Below, one piece after another: positions 8,928 through 16,400 of a stretch of DNA of 32,000 nt. A program made the position numbers and the translations under genes. Within the stretch, counting starts at the first letter, position 1; every line of letters starts with the position of its first letter. The DNA is taken from the NCBI RefSeq assembly GCF_000015145.1, contig NC_008818.1:300001-332000 (forward strand), read 5' to 3'. Below the pieces are notes generated by a model. It had not been told where the DNA came from, did no database searches, and was given only the letters and a program-made list of their open reading frames with translations. The stretch is from Hyperthermus butylicus DSM 5456 (GTDB taxonomy: Archaea > Thermoproteota > Thermoprotei_A > Sulfolobales > Pyrodictiaceae).

Positions 8928-9617
8928 TTGGATCTCCATGCCGAGCTAAACCCTTACATCTACGTGGCAGCGTTGGGTAATGATGAGAGTCACATTGTTA
9001 GGGGTGTATTAAGGCTACAGCCCATGGCTGTGCTTGTATTTGCTGAGTCTACGGGATCTAAGCCTCCACCTACTACGCTGAAGGCGCTGGAGACCATTAG
9101 GAAGCTGGCAGAGCTAGCTGGCGCAATCTTCATCTCAAGAAGCATAAGACTTTCCGTTCATGGTATTCCCAGCATGGTCTATGAGATACGTCGCTCTGTA
9201 CTCGAGCTGGCTGACAGCTTATCCCTTCGTGGCGAGCATATAAAAGCAGTTTATGTTACTGCTTGCTGTGGCTCACCACACGTAAACACCGCGCTAGCCT
9301 ATGCAGCGCTCATACTAGCCTATCACAATCCCTCACTGTCTGTCAGGATATACTTCTCAAAACCTGAAAACGAGGTTGTAGAAGATGCCGGCAACCTACT
9401 CCCTGCTGTACTCGACGCAACGGGACAGCATGTTCTCCGCGTACTAGTGGAGAAGACCCTTAAGGAGGGCTCGGCAGGCGTGAGCGAGATAGCCTACATA
9501 CTCTCTATGTCTAAGTCTAAGGTGCACAAGAAGCTTCAACAACTCGTGGCTAGGGGGCTAGCTGAGAAGGTGGGTAATCGTTACCGGGCGACACGGTGGG
9601 GGATAGCTAACGGCTAG
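8928..9617 (+). CDS. CARF-like Rossmann + C-terminal winged HTH regulator (Csa3-like)
   Basis: TTG start after gaggaggtg. N-terminus YIYVAALGNDESHIVRGVLRLQPMAVLVFAES resembles the CARF beta1-alpha1 pattern; AVYVTACCGSPHVNTALAYAALILA resembles the second CARF motif; C-terminus GVSEIAYILSMSKSKVHKKLQQLVARGLAEKVGNRYRAT is a wHTH. Confidence 0.55.
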   Translation: MDLHAELNPYIYVAALGNDESHIVRGVLRLQPMAVLVFAESTGSKPPPTTLKALETIRKLAELAGAIFISRSIRLSVHGIPSMVYEIRRSVLELADSLSLRGEHIKAVYVTACCGSPHVNTALAYAALILAYHNPSLSVRIYFSKPENEVVEDAGNLLPAVLDATGQHVLRVLVEKTLKEGSAGVSEIAYILSMSKSKVHKKLQQLVARGLAEKVGNRYRATRWGIANG

Positions 9618-9652
9618 CCTGGAGCGTCTATAGCTATGAGGGTTGGTGATGT

Positions 9653-10345
9653 GTGGCTAGCCAGCGCTTGAAGCTTGTGCTCCTTGAGTCCCCTCTCGAG
9701 CTTGTACCCAGGGAGCTATGGAAGCATCCCGAGGTCGTGTCATCCTCTAGGAAGTATGGAGTTGAACCTAGCGAAATGCTTCTCGACAAGAGACTCCACT
9801 ACCATGCTATGGCGGTGCTTCCCCAGAAGTGGAAGAGGGGCCGCCCAGACATAGTGTATATCACCCTCATGCTGCTTGTGGACTCGCTACTCAACCTTGA
9901 AGGCCGCCTAGAGCTATACATACACGTCTACGACGGCCGTGTCTTCGCAGTACACCCAGAGCTGCGGCCCCCAAGACACTTCGAAGGCTTTAAGAGGATT
10001 ATGTCCCAGCTCCTCCGCTACAACCGTGTACCGCCAGGCTCAGACAAGCCACTCTTATGGCTCGAGGCTGGTAGTCTAAGAGAGTTCGTGGAGAAGCATG
10101 GCCGGATAATACTGTTATGGGAGCGGGGTACTCCAGCAACGCCGGCCCAGGTAGTGTCTGATGCTCTGGAGTCCGGGCTCCCCATCGGCATAGGCATGTT
10201 CCCCAGGGGCGACTTCAAGAGGAGCACACTGAGGAAGACGGTACGAGCCTATAGCCTCGCTTTTGGCCGGCCGCTCAAATCGTGGACCGTCGCCCACCTG
10301 GTGCTCTGTGCTGCTGAGAAGCTGCTAGGACTCATACACTCCTAG
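9653..10345 (+). CDS. nep1: Nep1/Emg1 family rRNA pseudouridine N1-methyltransferase
   Basis: LVLLESPLELVP, EMLLDKRLHYHAM, RGRPDIVYITLMLLVDSLLNLEGRLELYIHVYDGRVFAV. Confidence 0.88.
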   Translation: MASQRLKLVLLESPLELVPRELWKHPEVVSSSRKYGVEPSEMLLDKRLHYHAMAVLPQKWKRGRPDIVYITLMLLVDSLLNLEGRLELYIHVYDGRVFAVHPELRPPRHFEGFKRIMSQLLRYNRVPPGSDKPLLWLEAGSLREFVEKHGRIILLWERGTPATPAQVVSDALESGLPIGIGMFPRGDFKRSTLRKTVRAYSLAFGRPLKSWTVAHLVLCAAEKLLGLIHS

Positions 10346-10387
10346 CCCCCTGGCGGGCAAAAGCTGCTACGTTTCTGCTGCATGTAG

Positions 10388-10580
10388 CTAGGACTTGAGG
10401 AAAAGACGGCTAGGCTTGAGGAGCACATAGTAGGGCTAGAGGAGCGGGCCGTTAAGCTAGAAAAACGGGATCAGCAGCATTGAGGGGGGCTTGACAAGTT
10501 AGAATGTAGGGTTGATAAGTTGGAGAATTGCATCGAGAAGCTGGAACGGCTGCGCTCTTGGTACTCGTCACTCGCCGACC
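10388..10580 (+). pseudogene. Remnant of a coiled-coil ORF with in-frame stops
   Basis: One frame reads M*LGLEEKTARLEEHIVGLEERAVKLEKRDQQH*GGLDKLECRVDKLENCIEKLERLRSWYSS: heptad-like pattern continues across stops. Confidence 0.4.
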
Positions 10581-10708
10581 CTATAGTTCAAGGGGAGAGC
10601 CCTTTACCCGGGCGGCCAACAATACCTCTACAATCCTGTCTGGGGATGTGGAGCCCTGGGGATGCACCTCCGCAGAGCCCCGTCTAGGGGCCGTGGTGAC
10701 CGGACACC

Positions 10709-11626
10709 TCACCGAACCCCCTTCTCCCTCACAGCCTCCATTACGCCCTGTGCTGTGTGTAGCATGGCTTGTAGCGTGTAGGAGCTCTTGGATAGGTAGC
10801 TGTAGGCACGCCTGGCTAGCTGATCCCTGGCCAGCACTTTTTCCAGGAACTCCCGGAGTTCCGTGTCCTCGGCTACTGCCTCCTCGGCTAAAGCCAGCCA
10901 GAGCATTATCTGCTCGCGATGCGCCTCCAGAAGGGATGCCGGCCCAACACCAGTGTGGGTGAAGGCTAGTCTTGACGACTTGAGGGCGACCATCTTCTCG
11001 AGGCTCTCCATGTACTTGTCGGGGTGGAATGGCGGGGGGGTTGTCGGCACCAGCCCACCGGTTTCGGGCACGTAAATGCCTGCAGAGTCGCCGGTGAAGA
11101 GCACCCGGCTGCCACCTACCACTGCAAGTATGCTCTGGTGGTGGCTAGCGTGGCCCGGAGAATGCACAAAGACTAGCCTTGCGCCGTCCAACACTAGTTC
11201 CTCGCCATCACGTGTCTCGTGCACAGCCTCGCGGGGAACGGGAAGGAGTTCACCGTAGATCCTCGCAGTCTCCCCTAGAACTGCAAGGCTAGCCTCCCAC
11301 AGTCTCGAAGGATCCCTTATGTGCCGGGCACCGCGCGGGTGAACCCAAACCCTCACCTCCACCCCTCGGGCCCGGAGACTGTGGACAAGATGACCCGTAT
11401 TACCAGCATGGTCTATGTGTACGTGGGTGAGCACCACCTCAACACTTCTAGGGTGCAGCTCCAGTATCTTCCGAACAAGACACTCTACCGTTACGACAGG
11501 CCCTGGATCAACAACCACAAGCTTGTCGCCAATGCGCAGCACGTAGGTCGTTATAAACCTTAGCCCGAAGACGGAAGGAGTAGAGTCTACCATCAACAAT
11601 TCAGTCATGCCCTGACACCCACCCAT
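10709..11626 (-). CDS. MBL-fold metallo-hydrolase
   Basis: 305 aa with VLTHVHIDHAGNTGHL (HxHxDH), HSPGHASHHQSIL and FTGDSAG. Confidence 0.88.
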   Translation of the reverse strand: MGGCQGMTELLMVDSTPSVFGLRFITTYVLRIGDKLVVVDPGPVVTVECLVRKILELHPRSVEVVLTHVHIDHAGNTGHLVHSLRARGVEVRVWVHPRGARHIRDPSRLWEASLAVLGETARIYGELLPVPREAVHETRDGEELVLDGARLVFVHSPGHASHHQSILAVVGGSRVLFTGDSAGIYVPETGGLVPTTPPPFHPDKYMESLEKMVALKSSRLAFTHTGVGPASLLEAHREQIMLWLALAEEAVAEDTELREFLEKVLARDQLARRAYSYLSKSSYTLQAMLHTAQGVMEAVREKGVR

Positions 11627-11709
11627 AGCTACTTCACGGAGGAACGCTAGTTAAGCACGGTGGAAGCCATCGGAAGCGATACGCTTGGTCGAGAGGCGGG
11701 AGGCTGAGG

Positions 11710-11961
11710 TTACTCTTCCTCGACGGGTACCGCGCCGAGTATGTCTTCGGCTATCTCGTCTACTTCGCTGCCAACTGCTTCCCGGAATCTTCTCGAGCGT
11801 AGAGCTACTATCTTGTTGTAGGCATCCTCAATACGCTCTGCAGGGATGTGTATTAGGTCTCCGTCGGCTGTCTCGAGGAAGACTGCAAACCTCTTCCTAC
11901 GGTAGTCCACGACAACGTGGAGACATGGCGGCTTTTCGCACTCGTACGCCTCGCCGCTCAC
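11710..11961 (-). CDS. Hypothetical protein, 83 aa
   Basis: Acidic coherent ORF MSGEAYECEKPPCLHVVVDYRRKRFAVFLETADGDLIHIPAERIEDAYNK..., compactly placed between genes. Confidence 0.55.
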   Translation of the reverse strand: MSGEAYECEKPPCLHVVVDYRRKRFAVFLETADGDLIHIPAERIEDAYNKIVALRSRRFREAVGSEVDEIAEDILGAVPVEEE

Positions 11962-12008
11962 TGCAACTCGTCCCTCCGAGCCTCGCTCCGTGACGGGGCT
12001 AGCCCTAA

Positions 12009-12788
12009 TTAGGCACCGCCTCGGGCTGCCTGACGTGCTCCATAGGTGGGGCCAAGTGGGTGACTAGCAGGCATTACCGCTTCAGCCATCGCTGGCCTCT
12101 GAACGAGAACTCTGGCACCCCATCGGGACGGCCAGTCCATTCTCTTCCTGCATCTTCCCGCAAGGGCTCGTAGCTCGCAGGGGTACTCCGTGACAATCAC
12201 GTCTACCCCGTAGGCTTGGAGCCTCGCAGCTTCCCCTGACATGTTTACAGTCCAGGCCGTGACTAGGTAGCCGTGCGAGTGTAGCTCCTCCACAAACTCC
12301 TCATCAATGTACTCCGCCCTCACGGAAACCCCGTCAGCACCAGCTGCTTCTACGAGTTCTACAGGCCTAGCAGGCCTGCTATCGAGGCTTAGCAGCACAC
12401 GTACCCCATCAGTTTTCAATAAGCCAACAAGACTATGCCATCTCGTGGCCACCATGACCAGGCTGGAACGGCTAAGGCCTTCTAGGAAGCCTGCAAGCTG
12501 GTGTGCAGCCCTAGCTGTCTTTAGGTCGAAGAGTATCGCCGACTCAGGGGGCACGAGAGAAACGAGATCCTCTAGCCCATAGGGGCCGCTCAAATGGATT
12601 GTTTCCAGGAGCCTTGCAAGCCTCTCCCTTAGAAGGCGGGGCCTAGTATCTGGTAGTATGTGGCTAGCTACGAGTCTTCCATTGTGGAGCGTAACATCAA
12701 TCTCTACGCCATCCGCGCAGCGAAGATATGACCGGATCCAGCGCGGTGTATTGGCGCGATGCCCGAGCAGTAGGGGCATACATGCCAA
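12009..12788 (-). CDS. Glycerophosphodiester phosphodiesterase family protein
   Basis: LLLGHRANTP...GVEIDVTLHNGRLVASHI, LFDLKT, AGADGVSVRAEYIDEEFVEELHSHGYLVTAWTVNMSGEAARLQAYGVDVIVTEYP. Confidence 0.82.
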   Translation of the reverse strand: MACMPLLLGHRANTPRWIRSYLRCADGVEIDVTLHNGRLVASHILPDTRPRLLRERLARLLETIHLSGPYGLEDLVSLVPPESAILFDLKTARAAHQLAGFLEGLSRSSLVMVATRWHSLVGLLKTDGVRVLLSLDSRPARPVELVEAAGADGVSVRAEYIDEEFVEELHSHGYLVTAWTVNMSGEAARLQAYGVDVIVTEYPCELRALAGRCRKRMDWPSRWGARVLVQRPAMAEAVMPASHPLGPTYGARQAARGGA

Positions 12789-12843
12789 GCCTGCCGCGCC
12801 TCCTCCTCGGGCAGAGGCTGTTCCGGCCCTGCGTAACCTCTAA

Positions 12844-12933
12844 CTAGTTTTGAAGATTAATGCCTAGGCCTATCATTGCTATGATTACTGCACTGGCCGT
12901 GTGGCGGTCTACCCGTAGCCTCTTCCGCGACAT
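12844..12933 (-). pseudogene. Short fragment resembling a TnpB C-terminus
   Basis: MSRKRLRVDRHTASAVIIAMIGLGINLQN* resembles GLDKHVASAYMVALKGLKQL at the end of the neighbouring TnpB. Confidence 0.35.
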
Positions 12934-12987
12934 GAGGTTCTCCTCCAAGCTACCTTGTCCCGCAGGCTGAAACACTAGTGAAGGTTT

Positions 12988-13560
12988 TTAGAGTTGTTTA
13001 AGTCCTTTTAGGGCTACCATATAGGCTGATGCAACGTGCTTATCCAGTCCATATTTCTTCGCTACTTCACCATGTTCCCTAGAGCTTGTCGTACCTTTTG
13101 GGTTTACGTGGATCACCTTTATACTGTAGAGTGGGGCTTTATAGGTTGTTACTTCTATAATCTTGTTCCTAAATATCGCCTTCCTGTAATTATAGTTTCT
13201 TGAGCCTCTATCGGTGTTGTTTCTTATCCAGTAGTATTTGAGGTGGCCGACTATCTTTGGGCTCTCTAAGGCTATGACCGAAACCCCGTGCTGGTACGCG
13301 TAATCTAAAAGCTTGTGTATGGCTTGGTGTACTTTTGTCCATGCTTGTTTTCTTCTATATCCACGGCTAGTTATTTCTCTAAACCAGAATGTCTTTACAT
13401 CCCTTAGTCTACCATACTTATCAACTATGGCGAGGTTCAGCCTATCAACATTGACATCTACTCCACCAATGTGCTCTCCAATAGGATTTTCGTATCTCTT
13501 CATGACATCCAGGTATAGACTATATGGTGCCATGACTTGTAGACCGCAGTACAGATGCAT
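12988..13560 (-). pseudogene. IS200/IS605-family TnpB-like C-terminal part (RuvC-like region)
   Basis: EHIGGVDVNVDRLNLAIVDKYGRL (RuvC-I D), VIALESPKIVG (RuvC-II E), KYGLDKHVASAYMVALKGL (RuvC-III D). No CxxC zinc ribbon visible. Confidence 0.7.
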
Positions 13561-13611
13561 ACCATTAGTGTAGAAGTTGTATTCCCTTGATTACAATTCT
13601 AGCGGGATATC

Positions 13612-14208
13612 CTAGTTCACGTCTGTTTGCCCTTTTCTACGAGCGCCCCTAGTACCTTTGCAAATCCCTTAGGTGTTCTTAAAGCCAGAGTTATTCTTTC
13701 TGGCATCTTTTCATGGTTTAGCACTAGAATTTCAGCTTTGTCCGGTGATAGAAGCCTTATGTTTAGGTTTCCTCTCTTTTCTTTCTCGGCTTCGCTCTGG
13801 AATAGTAGCCACGGTTTTAAGCTCTATATCCTGTATATTTACTCCTAGCTTCCTTGCACTTTTGGGTGTCGAGTGCATTAGTGTCGCTATCCCGTCTATG
13901 TATCTACGGTTTGGCAGTATCTCATAGCATCTCTTGCGAGCATACCTGAGGAGACTAGCCTGCGGCAACTCAACCAGCACTTCGTTCTCCTTTACATCGT
14001 TTAGCAACCTATGTGCACATAGCTTAGAATACCAAGCAGTATACCAAACTAACCTGGCATTTTCTCCATTAACCGTAAATGGTATGTCTATGTGATATAG
14101 TCGGGTAGATTCATCAGCCCCTTCTAGGGGTATACACCCCCTGGAAAGCCCTATAAGTCTTCTCAAACATACGTGAATTTTGTGGGCTCCGATTCCCGAG
14201 AACCGCAA
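13612..14208 (-). pseudogene. IS200/IS605-family TnpB-like N-terminal part, split by a frameshift
   Basis: ORF 13732..14208 ends in low-quality sequence; the other frame continues LKPWLLFQSEAEKEKRGNLNIRLLSPDKAEILVLNHEKMPERITLALRTPKGFAKVLGALVEKGQTDVN*, same frame as 12988..13560 but separated from it by TAG and TAA. Confidence 0.6.
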
Positions 14209-14720
14209 GGTACACCTGCGGTGAGGGGGTCAGAGCGTCGCCGTGATGAGCCTCGGGGCGGACACCCACCGCTCCGAGGTGAACGGTTTACCAGGGGGAT
14301 ACAATACCTCTTGGCTAATCTTATCATGTCACCATCAAGCGTTGCCAGGGGGAGACCTAGCCTCTTCGCAACAGACAGTACGAGGAGGTCGTAGTAGTAC
14401 TTGAGGTCTGAGAGGGCAAACTCTATGTCTTCACGCTCTACCGGTACAACCTCGATAACCCCGGCTGCTAGCAGGCCCAGGACAAGCTGTGTAGCCCTTA
14501 CTCTGTCATAGCGGCGCCGGAGACTCCAAACAAGCTCGTGTACAACTATGGCGGGCGCGACGAGCTTCTTTACAGCTGAGACTAGACTCTTAGCAGCAAC
14601 GTGCAGCCTATCATCGGCTGCCAGGTAGGCATGCAACACACTTGTATCAACAACAGCAGACTCGACAATACCCAAGCCCCCAACACCTAGCACAGCAGAG
14701 CCGTGCCGTGCAAGCTCCAT
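14163..14720 (-). CDS. PIN-domain protein (VapC-like), probably starting at an internal GTG (VVDTSVLHAYL...)
   Basis: VVDTSVLHAYLAADDRLHVAAKSLVSAV ... HELVWSLRRRYD ... YYYDLLVLSVAKRLGLPLATLDGDMIRLAKRYCIPLVN. The C-terminal tail past LVN looks non-native. Confidence 0.75.
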   Translation of the reverse strand: MELARHGSAVLGVGGLGIVESAVVDTSVLHAYLAADDRLHVAAKSLVSAVKKLVAPAIVVHELVWSLRRRYDRVRATQLVLGLLAAGVIEVVPVEREDIEFALSDLKYYYDLLVLSVAKRLGLPLATLDGDMIRLAKRYCIPLVNRSPRSGGCPPRGSSRRRSDPLTAGVPCGSRESEPTKFTYV

Positions 14721-14804
14721 ACACGTACGCTGCCCGCCGGGTACCCGTAACTAGCTTTTCCCAGAGCTTGTATCCGGTCTCCGGTCTAGCTGTATAGACT
14801 ATGC

Positions 14805-16400
14805 CTATCTTGTGAGGCGCCTTGAGGCTGTATATGATGCTGCTATGGCTGTAAGGCTTAGCACCTCGAGCATGAGTGCTACCGCCGAGGCTTCGGGTAA
14901 GTAGCGGCCTGCACCGTAGAGCTTGTAGACTAGGACTGTGAGGCTCCACGTGCTCGGCACGGATACCACTATGCTTGCGCCAAACTCTCCGAGGCTCGCT
15001 GCCGCCGCTAGGCCCGCAGCCATCATGGCTGCTGGTAGTGCTGCTGCCAGCCAGTGACGGAGGAAGGCTAGGCCGCGGAGCCCCATGAGCAGCATCGTCT
15101 CTACAACCTCGCGGGGCATCCTTTCCCATGCAGTGGCGAGGCTCCGGCCTGCCAGGGGTAGTGCCGCCGCCGTGTGTGCAACAACTATGAGGACTCTCGA
15201 GGCTGCATCTACTCCCATGTGGGCTGCTAGCGGTTTAAAGTAGGCTATTGTCGCGGCGACACCATAGGCTACCGGTGCTACCGCGATCAGCGAGAGTGTG
15301 CCCACGGCTAGGGCACGGCTGGCCGAGGCAGCAACACCGAGCGCTAGGGAGATGAATATTGTAGCTGTGGCGTAGAGGAGGCTATTGCCTATTGCGCCGG
15401 CTAGGCCTGGCCCTCTACCAGCCAGCTCTGCCAGCAATGCCGAGTTGGCCCTAGAGGCCTCCAGGGCTAGGGCCGCCATGGGTGCGTATAGGTAGGCTAT
15501 TACAGCTACAGGGTATGCCACGGCAAACACCTTGCCGGCGCCGCGAGGCTCTATGAGGCCAGCTCCGCGGGCTGCGAGGGGGAGAGCTGCAAGGCCCCTC
15601 GCCAGCCGGAGCACCGTGGCCGACAAGAGCGCGGCGAGGCCCAGCTCAGCGACCGCTAATAGTGCTGCTAGGCCGCGGAGGCTGGGAAACCCGTAGTAGA
15701 GCGTGTAGAGCCACGCCTCGAGCGTGTAGTAGCGGTAGGCTGCACCCTCAACGAGGAGGGGCCCGGCGCTCGCGAAGGAGTAGAGGAAGGCTACCGCCCA
15801 GGCATAGATTGCTGCACGGGCCGTCGCGGGTATGAGGAGCCGGAGCCAGAGCCGAGGGCCGTGGAGGCCTAGGAGGAGGCTTTGCTCCACCACGCTCTTC
15901 TCGACAGAGGCTGCAGCCGCAGCGGTGAGCGCCGCGGCGAGGCCTATGTTGAAGTAACTGTGCAGTGCTAGGACGCCCGTCCACCCCTGGGCCATGAAGT
16001 GTAGCTGTGGGAGGCTTCCGCCCAGCAGGCCGCCTGGCCCGTAGAGGCTCCTGAGTCCCAGAGCAACCACGACCACCGGGGACATGAACGGGGCCAAGCT
16101 AGCGACAACAGCAGCCCTCGCGGAGCGCGAGCGGTAGAACCCAGCGAGCACGCCTAGAGGCCATCCCGCGAGGATGGCTAGGCTGGCGCTGAGAGCTGCC
16201 TGGAGGAGGGTCCAGCCCAGCACCCAGGATAGCTTGAACGGTGGCTCCCAGCGTGGGGGCCAGGAGTAGGCTAGGGAGATGAAAATAGGGGCTGTATAGA
16301 CGGCGACGGTTAGCCAGGCGGCTAGCGCTAGTAGCCACCATAGGCGGCCGAGGGGGTTCCAGGCTAGCCCCCAGCTATGCTGAGCCAATCCTTCAGCCAC
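14805..16400 (-). CDS. ABC transporter permease with fused/duplicated permease domains (ThiP-like)
   Basis: 531 aa polytopic; second half REVVETMLLMGLRGLAFLRHWLAAALPAAMMAAGLAAAASLGEFGASIVVSVP resembles ThiP/FbpB-type EAA loop region. Confidence 0.78.
   Translation of the reverse strand: MAEGLAQHSWGLAWNPLGRLWWLLALAAWLTVAVYTAPIFISLAYSWPPRWEPPFKLSWVLGWTLLQAALSASLAILAGWPLGVLAGFYRSRSARAAVVASLAPFMSPVVVVALGLRSLYGPGGLLGGSLPQLHFMAQGWTGVLALHSYFNIGLAAALTAAAAASVEKSVVEQSLLLGLHGPRLWLRLLIPATARAAIYAWAVAFLYSFASAGPLLVEGAAYRYYTLEAWLYTLYYGFPSLRGLAALLAVAELGLAALLSATVLRLARGLAALPLAARGAGLIEPRGAGKVFAVAYPVAVIAYLYAPMAALALEASRANSALLAELAGRGPGLAGAIGNSLLYATATIFISLALGVAASASRALAVGTLSLIAVAPVAYGVAATIAYFKPLAAHMGVDAASRVLIVVAHTAAALPLAGRSLATAWERMPREVVETMLLMGLRGLAFLRHWLAAALPAAMMAAGLAAAASLGEFGASIVVSVPSTWSLTVLVYKLYGAGRYLPEASAVALMLEVLSLTAIAASYTASRRLTR

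Noticed and set aside
14243-14249. GTGATGA resembling a C box of a C/D sRNA beside the hairpin
   Set aside because: No convincing D box (CTGA) at suitable spacing downstream; probably chance.
14647-15129. 160-aa minus-strand ORF
   Set aside because: Overlaps the start/end of the PIN and permease genes in another frame, with Cys/Arg/Ser-rich shadow composition.
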